This document shows, piece by piece, positions 54,820 through 64,000 of a stretch of DNA of 64,000 bases (the stretch's first letter is position 1; every line of letters starts with the position of its first letter). This stretch comes from Basidiobolus meristosporus CBS 931.73 (lineage: Eukaryota; Fungi; Basidiobolomycota). Under the pieces are notes generated by a model. The model worked only from the letters and a program-made list of their open reading frames with translations, was not told where the DNA came from and did not search any database. Location of the stretch: positions 1 through 64,000 of the forward strand of contig MCFE01000261.1 in the NCBI GenBank assembly GCA_002104905.1, read 5' to 3'. Made by a program: the position numbers and the translations under genes.

Positions 54820-55140
54820 TGTTGCAATATTCTGAGGAGTATTGGAATGTTATTCACTTGTATATTTATTGAGGAAAAGTATGGTATTTATACTTTTGAT
54901 AGAGTAGAGAGAACAAATGTGCAGAGTTTGTTAAGAAAGGTCCCAAGAGTATGTGTGCAAGTTTGGGGTCTTTTGGGCAACTTTGAGAAAAATAATAATC
55001 TGGGTACCTGACAATTTGGTGAAAGTATTCTAAGTAAATCCCAACAAGAAGTCTGGTCAGGAAAGAATGCTAGTCACAGTATAAGATCTATGTGACTAAG
55101 TTAGCATGAATATTTTGGTGACAACTCAATAATTACAACA
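54820..55140 (-). repeat. 5' LTR (copy B, 321 bp)
   Basis: Same as copy A except 6 substitutions and one 27-bp deletion (by eye). Confidence 0.92.
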
Positions 55141-55266
55141 CCTTTGCTGCCTCACAGGCTGCCATATACACTGCCTCTGTGGCAGAGAGTACTGAAGTTG
55201 GTGGCTTTCTTTCTACTCACACCACTTGACACACCATCTTGCTGTGAGAAAAGTGGTATAGTGGTT

Positions 55267-55615
55267 CTGGTAGTAGGAGTCTTGGAGATATTGGAAGTGA
55301 TTGGGAGAACAAGTAAATTATGTGGTTTTCATGTACTGATATATTGAATATATAAGTAGTATTTATACATTACATGTTCTTGGCAGAAAAGCATGTACAA
55401 TTTGCTTAGGAAGATCCCAAGAGTATTTGTGTAAAGTTTAGGGCTGTTTGGGCCACTATGATAACTTTTATGTTCTGGGTATCTTATGTTTTAGTGAAAA
55501 TAATTTAAGTAAATTCTTATAAGGAATTTGGTCAGTATTTTCTGAGATTTGTATTTAATAAACCAGGAAACTGGGCTGGGTGAATATCAAGGTGGAGTTG
55601 CAAATCTTCAAAGCA
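55267..55615 (-). repeat. Decayed copia LTR (copy D)
   Basis: gtcttggagatattggaagtga..gtggttttca..ggaatttggtcagtatt matches copy C; follows a copia RNase H end on the minus strand. Confidence 0.75.
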
Positions 55616-55798
55616 CTCTTGCATGACTAAATTTTCACATTAGCTAATCCTAGCTGTGATCTGCAATAATAAATTTATATTTAGCTAATGGTTTGGTGAA
55701 TATGTCTGCAATCATTTCATCTGTAGAGCTGCAAGCTAAGTCAAGTGAGTTACTCTAAATGATGCCTGATATCTATGTTGTTGTATCCAAGATAAAAG
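55616..55798 (-). mobile_element. Copia RNase H C-terminal fragment
   Basis: NIDIRHH...CSSTDEMIADIFTKPLAKYKF. Confidence 0.75.
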
Positions 55799-58700
55799 TG
55801 AAATAATACTCTTGAATGAGTTAACTGAACCTAAGTGACAATTAAGTGCAGAATCTTAGAATTGTCAAGAGTGACAGAAGTATTAGCATAGAAGTTATGG
55901 TCTAGTATTGGTTTTGCATATAGTTAAGTTGGGCTATAAAGGCAACAGAGTTGGTTTACTATACAGGCTAGGCATGGTGTTCTTGGGAATGCACAGAATT
56001 GTTGAATTCTTAATTTTGCTGAGGCAAAATTGTAATTTTGTTGAGACACACACTAAACCAAGAGGTTGAGTAATCATTATTTGAATTTTTCTGATCAAGT
56101 TGAATTAGTAAGTGCCAAGTGACTGGACTAATTGAAATCTGTTGGGGTGTTGATAGGTGCATAAGATAAATGAAAAATTGCATCATTAATCAGCTGATGT
56201 CTTGGCAACTACTAAGTGGTTGGATAGATCTCAGATGACTAATACTTTGGAAAGGCTTAGCAGATCAGTTGTGGATGTAATGACCACTTGAAAATTGATT
56301 AGGTGTAACAACTAAAAATCAACCCTGAGAAGTGATAAAATAAACCATAAGAGGGACTGGTTATATGGGTTAGGGCAAATCAGTTAGGTACTAGATTTTC
56401 TAACAAAGTGAAATTGGCTAAGTTTTAAATGTTGATGCACAACATCACTTCCTCCCAGGAGAGGAGTTTTCTGATACCTTCTGGGTTCCCCTGTGGCTCC
56501 AATACTGATAAATGAAGGCAGCATCATCAAAGTTGGTGTAAAGATCCCAGGTGTTGTGTTTGGCATCATAACCTTTCCACATGACTAAATAATGGCAATT
56601 TGGTTCTTCTCCATCAAGGTCACCAATAGCTTCAACTTCATAGGATTCAGAAGTAACTGGGTCTTGAGATATAAGCTTGAGTGAAGAAGGTGGAAAGTAT
56701 TTGGGTAGCAGTGCTCCAGTATTGTCCTGAAGTACATAAGTTCCTCCAGTGGTAGATCTGAAAACTTTGAATGGGCCTTCATATTTAGAGTCAAGTTTAG
56801 ATTGGCAGATTGGGTTTAGTGTCATGACATATGACCCATCTGGGAAGCTGCTGTTCCTGTGTCTTGAGGCATACATTAAAGTCATCTTTTGCTGTGAGGC
56901 CTTACATCTGGCACTGATAGCAGGGTAGACAATGTTGGTAAGGTACTCAAGCCGGTTCTTTAGCTTATCTGTATTCAAACTTGCTAACTCTATATTCTGG
57001 TAATCCCCAAAGTGGTTGTATCTTCTTCCAAAAATCAAAGAAAATGGTGTTGATCCTGTTGTAAGAGTCTTGGAGATATTGGAAGTGATTTGGAGAACAA
57101 GTAGATTATGTGGTTTTCACTTAATGATTTATTGAATGTAAAAGTAGTATTTATACTTTTACCTGGTCTTGGCATTACAAACACGTAGAATAGGTTGAGG
57201 AAGGTTCCAAGAACATGTGTGCAAAGTTAGGGGCTGTTTGGGCAACTTTGAGAATTTTCATGTTCTGGGTACCTGGCATTTTGGTGAAAATATTCTAAGT
57301 AAATCCCAACAAGGAATTTGGTCAGTATTCTCTAAGATTTGAAGGTGATGATCTAAGTGACTAAGTTAGGTGAATATTTAGGTGGAAATACAAATTTTTA
57401 CAACAGATCCATGTAGAGCAGCAATTTTGGTGTTGATAGTATACTGTATAGTAGGAATGTACTTGTCCCAATTCTTCTTGATACTTTGATAGATTTCCTG
57501 ATGATGCTCACTGAGGTCTGAACATGTCTTTCAGCAAATGCATTAGCTTTGGGATGATATGGGGTGACCAGACAGTGATCAATGGCACTATTCTGGCACA
57601 GGGATTTGATCACATGATTTACAAATTCTGTTCCATTACCCAATTGAATGACCTCAGGGAATTCAAAAAGGCAGAAGAGCTTGAATAGTGCCTGTGCAAT
57701 AGTGGCAGCATACTTCTCTGGGATAGCTTTGAGGAAGACAAAACATGTGCAGACATCCACTATTACAGAGAGATAGTGATTACCATCATCACTAGTGGTG
57801 AAAGGTCCAGCTAGATCAAATGCAATATGATCCATAGGAAGGCTTGCATTGATGGGACTCAACAGGTGAAATCCATGGTGGCTGATATTGTAAAGTTGAC
57901 ATTCTCTGCAAGACTTGACAATTTCCAGGCAGTCAGCTTTGATATTTGGCCAGTGATAACCATCAGAGTGTAGCTTCTTCATAAGTGTGTCAGCTCCAAA
58001 GTAGCCAAGTAAATGACTCCTCTGTATCAATGTTTTTGTTTAATTAGCATATGGGATTTTCCAGGTTGTTAAATTCAGTTAAGGGATTATTTTGAAAGTT
58101 GTAGTGAGCTTACTGATTATGTCAGTAATCACATGTCCCTCCCAAGGTGAAGTTAGGAAAAGTCTTGAAAGGTGGTCAGGCAGGATGTTGAGGACTCCTG
58201 GGCAATGAATAACTGTATATTCATAATCAATTAGAGTATCAAGCCAGTTGGTGAGCATTGGAGTCAGAGTATTTTGAGTATGGATATAGAAAAGGACTTG
58301 GTGGTCTGTGTACAAGTAAAAGAGTTACCGCATAAGTACTGATGAAACTTCTTCAAGGCAAAGACTATGGCAAGTAGCTCCTTCTTGGTAGCAGAGTAGT
58401 TTCTCTCAGCAGGTTGTAGGGATCTGGCTTAAAAAGAGATCCAGTGAGGTGGATTTTGGTCTTCATCCTGGTATAGGACAGCCCCTGACCCAATATTAGA
58501 TGCATCTATAGCAACAACAAAGGTCTTAGTAGAGTCTGGGTAGGATAGGGAGGGTGCTTGTGGGAGCAATTGGCAGAGTGACTCAACTGCTTAATCACGA
58601 GTCTTGTTCCAGGCAGAGGGAAGATCAGGACTATGGTGTAATGATTTCAAAGGGGCACTCAAAGAGGACATGAGAGGAATGTGTTCCCTGAAATAGCTGA

Positions 58701-59665
58701 ATACTCCAAGATAATGTTGGAGTTGCTTAGAGCTAGTGGGTTTTGGCCATTCAAGAATATTGACCAGTTTGAAAGGGTCAAGTTGGTGGCCATCTGAGGT
58801 GTATGGTGCATTCTTTAGTATTATGGCCATGACTCTCTAGAACTTGCTGGTAAGTGTCTTTAGGCCAAAGGGAGCTCCCTGAACATCCATTGCATATTAT
58901 TCCAAGTAAAGGCAGTCTTATGCTGATGATCAGGATGGATCTGGAATTGGTGATATGCATCCTTCAAGTCCAATTTGGAGAATACTTTTGTGCCTGATAG
59001 TGAGGAAAAGATATCCTGGACTCTTGGAATTGAAAATTTATCATCTTGGAGAAGTTTGTTCAGAGGTCTAGGGTCCAAACAGGGTCTCCTCAGAGTTAGA
59101 TTTCCATTTGCATCCTTATTGGGTGCAAGCATCAAAGGGCTGTTGAATGTTGTGTTGACAGGGGCTTGAGTAATAATTCCAGTATCAGCCCACTTTTGGA
59201 CTATTACATCAACTAAGTGTTGACAAGAATGTGGAATTGGGTATTGCCTCCTCCATGTTGACTCACCAGGTGGGGTATTTAGTGTAACAGTGGGCTTTGG
59301 AATAGTGCAGAAGCTGTTCTTGAGTATGGCTTAGTTTCTTTCTATGGCCAGCTGAGTATTCAATTTGACTGAATGAGAATATGCTTGAAAAGTTGGGGTG
59401 GACTCCTCTGCTTCTGGATGAGGTAAGATAATATCTGGAATCTGATCCATTATTGGTGGCTGAGATTTAGTTATTCCAGGATATGAAACTGGTAGTCTGC
59501 CTACGTGAAAGCCAAGTTTGGTGAAGGTGTTTAGACTAATGACTACCTGAGGTCCATCTGGAATCTCAATAACTTTCATTTGATGGATTATAGTCATTGA
59601 ACCACAATGTATGCTGATTGGGTTGGTGATACCAATTCTTGGGGCTGAGAGTTCCTTAGCTGCAA
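55799..59665 (-). mobile_element. 5'-truncated Ty3/gypsy chromovirus (protease end, RT, RNase H, integrase, chromodomain, probable 3' LTR ~55799-56444)
   Basis: PCLDPRPLN, FSKLDLKDAYHQF, KTAF..ELP, YTDHQVL, DHIAFDLAGPF, HPKANAFAER, SYEVEAI..YLVMWKGY..HNTW; PPT GGGAGGAAGTGA then TGTTG at 56444; many stops and frameshifts. Confidence 0.93.
57057..57405. repeat. Solo copia-family LTR (copy C, 349 bp) inserted in the gypsy integrase, TSD GATCC
   Basis: TGTTGTAA...TTACAACA flanked by GATCC at 57052-57056 and 57406-57410; removal restores LHGS|TPFSLIFGR. Confidence 0.93.
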
Positions 59666-62420
59666 CTGACCATAACCCTGATTATGCTGGCTGGAAACTC
59701 CCATTGAATATGAGATATCTGGATGTGTTTCCTGTATGAAGCTCATCAGACTGATGAATATAAGCTGATAAGAGAACTCTGGGCTTTCAGATGGCCCCAA
59801 GCTCTCTTGATTTGTTTGTGTCCTGACCAAGTTAAGGTTTGTTTCCATTAGGGTAGCCGCCAATAAACATACTGCCTCTTGGTACTTCTTAAGTATCTCT
59901 TGAAGATATTTGGACTGTCTAAAGGTGATAGTCTGAGGACTTCTATCCATAGAGACCTCATCCTTGAGTAGTAACTGAGTTCTCCTAGATCAGACACCTT
60001 GTGCTTCTTAGATAGGCTGGATTTGGCCTCTTCCAATAGTTCTTGGTTATTGGTAGCTAGAGTGAGACCATCAGCATGTAGAGCTAACAAATTGGGATTT
60101 GTCCTATCTGGCTGATAAAAGGTACTATAGTCTGCAGTACTTCTTTGGAAGCTCAAAGATTCCAAATAAGAATCTACTTTGCAATTCCAGGCTCCAAGTG
60201 ATTGTTTGAAACCATATCGAGATTTCTAGAGCTTGCATACCAAATGAGGGTTATCTTGGTCAGCAAGCCTGTAAGGCTGGTCTGTGTACATGTCATCATC
60301 AGGCTCCTTATTCAGAAATGCAGTGTTTTACATCAGCACAGTAATAGAAAACACATATTCTGCTGCAATAGCCATTGGACTTGTTGTGTTGGAGAGTGTC
60401 ACATTGAGCCATTAGTGTCAAATGATACTAGAGTGTGCCAGGGAGACCAAGTGGACTTATACTTGGCCACAGAGTGTGAAATGTAGATCCTCATCTTAAT
60501 GCAAAGCAACCCCTATGTTACAATCATTGTGCTGGAGAAAATCAATTTTTTGCCCTTTTTTTGGGATCAATGTTGTGAAAGATATGTAGGAGCACAGTAG
60601 AACTGACAACATGCATCTGGTACTCAAGACCCATGGTCCTCTGACTCTAGCTCCTGAGGCTTGTAACACATCACAAAATGCATGGCAGTATCTTGGTCCA
60701 CTGGCACTAACTAGCACAATAAGTGCTTTGTATCAGTTTTACTTTAGGGCTAATATTTAAATATAGTGCCAGATGGTGCCAGGTAGTGCCAGTGGACTTA
60801 GATAATGCCATGCATTTTTGTGATATGTTACAAACCACAGGAGCTAGATTCAGAGTGCCATAGGTATTGAGTACCAGATGCATGTTATTAGTTCTCTGTG
60901 CTTTTACATATCTTGCACAATATTGATCCCAAAAAAAGGTCAAAAAATGGATATTCTCCAGAACAATAGGTGAAACGCAGGAGCTGCTTTTCATGAGAAT
61001 CTATAACTATGTTCTACACTCTGTGGCCAAGTTTAAATTCACTTGGCCTCTCTGGCACACTTTGGCATCATTTGGCACTCATAGCTCAATGCAGCACTAT
61101 CCAACAATACATGTTGATTATTAGTGTGATGAATTAAACTTGGCTGCCAGTGCAAGGGTCTCAGAGTAGTCCAGCCCTTTTGTTTGAGAGTATCTTTTGG
61201 CCACAAGTCTTGCCTTGTATCTTTCATCTAAACCAACAGCCTTGTATTTGTCTTTAACAATCACATGCATCCAATTGATTTTTGGCTGATTGGTAATTTG
61301 ACAAAGTCCCAATTTAATTTTCAATCAGGGCCTGACACTCCTCAGTCATGGCTGACCTCCAAAACCTTATCTAAGGACTAATTACAGCCTCTTTAAAGTC
61401 GGGGGTGCTTCAATATGGACTGAGTAGGCACAGGCCAAGTTTGTACCCTTCTTATGATAGTAATTTGGGCTATTTGCTGTTTGGTTTGATCTTCTGCCTT
61501 GTGATACTGGAATGAATACTTCTTGGATATTCTTTGGCACTAATTCAGAATGGACAACAGCTATGGAGTCCTCTGGAGTGAAAAATATCTCACTGTAGTG
61601 CTCTAGTTCCTTCCAGTCTCTTTGTAGACTTGAAAACCAATTTTTGTCATCATCTGATTACATTTTTGTTGAAATTCTGCATTTTCATCAAACAACACAT
61701 CCCTGAACTTGTTCAGCTTCTTAGCCTTATTATTATAGAGTCTGTATGCTTTTCTTGCATGGTAGTAGCCCAAAAATAGGTACTTTATGCTTTTTGACTA
61801 AAATTTTGCCTGATTTGTAGGCAGTTACTTGGCATAAGCTGTGCACACAAGTATTCTTGGATGTTCTGCATTTGATCCACATCTATACTGGGCCTCAAGT
61901 GGAGTAGAATCATGAAGTATTTGACTATAACTCCTACTTCTGAGATATGAATATTTGGCAACTGATTTGACACAGAAATTGAAGGATAATTTTTGATCAT
62001 GCATCATAGCTCTTGCCATATCACTCATTAATCTATTTGCACATTCTTACACTTCATTCTGCTGTGAGAAGCATGGTACAGTAGTCTCTTGAATTATCCC
62101 AAAAACTTGCAGAAGAGGATGAAGAGTTTAGAGGTATATTCTCTACCACTGTATGTGTGTATAGTATTGATTTTCTCTTCAGTTCCTCTTCCCCACTATG
62201 GCTATAAGCACCCTGAGCTCAGACAGAACTTCTTCCTTTCTCACCATGAAGTAGACTCACATGTATTTTGCATAATCATTAATCAAAGTAACCAAATACT
62301 TCATCCTGCTCAAGGGTGAATTTGCATAGGTCCACACACTTCTGAGTGAATCAAAATCTAATTTTTCTTTGATTTGATTAATCAGTGCACTTAAGCAGCT
62401 GTCTGGCTTATTATTCATAT
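59666..62420 (-). mobile_element. Decayed Ty1/copia pol (integrase then RT)
   Basis: LIHSEVCGPMQI, SQQNEV*ECANRLMSDMARAMM, RYKARLVAKRYSQTKGLDYSET, AFLN..LVCKL*KSRYGFKQS, LLALHADG..DLGELSYY. Confidence 0.9.
60381..61112. mobile_element. Foldback/MITE-like long inverted repeat inserted in the copia RT
   Basis: Arms of ~340 bp centred near 60747; perfect reverse-complement pairs 60461-60477/61016-61032 and 60608-60627/60867-60886; ~50-bp spacer. Confidence 0.88.
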
Positions 62421-62949
62421 ATGCAGGCTTCATAGTGCTTCATATTTGCTCGGTGATTAATTCTTATTTCATAAACTAGCTGCTGCTTAATCATTTTACA
62501 CAAATAGTCAAGATGGATATGTCCATTTCTCCAGTGCCATAGCATTCAAATGGTCTTAATGAGCTCTATATTTCATTGAGCAGACCTAACCAGCTAATAA
62601 ATCCAATTGCCCTATATGGCCAGAAACTCAATGGTGTTTTGACAGCTTCATAGCAAACCTTTGCTGGCATTATTATGACAGTACAGTGGCTTACAGCTAG
62701 TTCTGCTTAATGCTCCTGTACCAATTCACCAAATGGTATTTTTTTTCTACCTCCTGTTGCACCATTCATATATTCTACTTTAGAACCACCCCTCTTTATT
62801 TGCTTACCAACTACTACCTTGTTTCATGATCACATGACATCCCTAGTCTCCAATGTTCAAGCTAAATCATGTTGCTGAAGAAATCCCAGCTCCTTCCAGA
62901 AAGTTCTGATACATTCTAGCAACTTGTGGAAAGCTCCAACTGAAGATTA

Positions 62950-63890
62950 CACCATGGAACATTATATGGATGTTCCCCTTTGGAATTTATGTAGCCAATA
63001 CCATATATGGTAACTACATGTCACATGACCTGGTCACATGTTCAGCTGACCCCTGACATATCCACATGTGACATTCTAGTCTCTTATTTGGTATATTTCT
63101 ATCTTGGCACACTTACAGTGCCTCACCCCAGAACCCCAACAGTAGTAGCCATTATCTCTCCGCATCTATATTGCCAAAAAGTATATATCAGCCTATCCTC
63201 CCCTTATGTATTCCCCAGTTTGATAAACACAGGTTGTGAATAGACAGCCTTGCCTTGGAAATTTGCCTTGCATTGGAAACACACCTTGCCTTGTTGATCC
63301 ATACCTAAGTCCTTTCCTAGTCCTGCCTTGCCTAGCTCTACCCTCCTGACTTGTGTCTATTCATAACACCTTGGATATTCTACATAGAGCTTAAATCAGA
63401 AAAAAACTATGACCTCCTGCTTACTAACCTCTACAAATGTGCATACATATGCCATATACCTTGTACTGCAGGTAACATATACATCTTGCAAACATATGCT
63501 TGATTGTTGTCACTTCTGCCATGCATACCTCCTGAATATCTGCAAAGAACTTCTTGGTATTTAGCCAATATATTCCTTCTCCCTCCTGGATTCTAGTCCC
63601 CCTATAGATGTGCTCTTGCTCTTGTTTGTGTGAGTTCTGTAACTGAATGCTGTAGGAGCGGGCTTATCAACAAGAGAGACCTGGCATACTTTGGTAAAGT
63701 TCTGCATATAAAGATTATTTTCTTTTTGCACCCAATCCAACTTTGCATTACTTAACTGATTACCCATGCATTGTGGCTGCTTAGCTTCTTAATGCCAAGG
63801 GCATAGGTGTCTCTAAATACACATTGGTCCATGCTATTATCCTGCTTTTCCCCATATGAGAAATTATTAGACTTGTTCCATTGCACCATG
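62950..63890. mobile_element. Unassigned CpG-depleted TE relic, possibly an LTR
   Basis: Cluster of CACATG/CATGTG motifs at 63017-63070, CCTTG repeats, continued CpG absence. Confidence 0.35.
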
Positions 63891-63891
63891 C

Positions 63892-64000
63892 CAGGGTGTG
63901 CGGCGCAATCCGCGGTTGTAAAAAACAATTGGGCGCAATATTATGGCTACCAGAAGGAAGGATTGTTCTTGGACAATTTTGCACTATGCGGGACAATCTT
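63892..64000. mobile_element. Possible terminus of a CpG-intact element running off the window
   Basis: Starts CAGGGTGTGCGGCGC; about 6 CG in ~100 bp; repeated GCGCAAT and GGACAAT. Confidence 0.3.

Larger units (their letters stand above)
51862..55140 (-). mobile_element. Non-autonomous copia-type LTR element (3279 bp) with 5-bp TSD CCTTT
   Basis: LTRs 51862-52209 and 54820-55140 (TGTTGCAAT...ATTACAACA); CCTTT at 51857-51861 and 55141-55145; PBS GGTTATGAGCCC; PPT GAGTGGGAG; no gag/pol motif found inside. Confidence 0.92.
51548..55266 (-). mobile_element. Older copia remnant (integrase/RNase H), split by a younger LTR element
   Basis: Joining 55141+ to 51861- at CCTTT restores LSATEAVYMAACEAAK|EAI*L*SLCDDLG*..EDNQGCI..AKHMGIGYHFI*E. 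Confidence 0.85.

Noticed and set aside
51195-55620. LTRs E and D as the pair of one element
   Set aside because: Flanks (CTTTA versus CTCTT) do not form a clean TSD, and each follows its own RNase H end like a 3' LTR
50740-63891. Classical Neurospora-type RIP (CpA>TpA)
   Set aside because: CA and TG remain abundant and the dominant loss is CG

Overview
Intron-rich genomic DNA from a fungus, most likely an early-diverging lineage (inferred from a WC-1 photoreceptor, an Integrator INTS6 homologue and a Mucoromycota-style chromovirus). The window has two sharply different parts. 1-50.7 kb is gene-dense with normal CpG content: WC-1, MADS-box TF, Cys-Met-repeat Ctr copper transporter, ARC1, OSH, YDJ1, endonuclease V, Ych1/Ibp1-like phosphatase, class II DAHP synthase, DDI1, INTS6, ERGIC-53-like lectin, APC10, CDF zinc transporter, GATA TF, an orphan membrane protein, a LITAF protein and a BTB-like protein, plus an MME1-like pseudogene and several unidentifiable decayed ORF tracts. 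About 50.74-63.89 kb is a nested retrotransposon stack almost free of CpG (13 CG counted by eye in ~13 kb). It holds copia relics, a chromoviral gypsy split by a solo LTR, a ~730-bp foldback, and a 3.3-kb LTR element. That element has near-identical LTRs, an intact TSD, a half-tRNA-iMet PBS and no recognisable gag/pol; it appears to have moved after CpG stripping. Exon boundaries were derived by hand and all counts are by eye.
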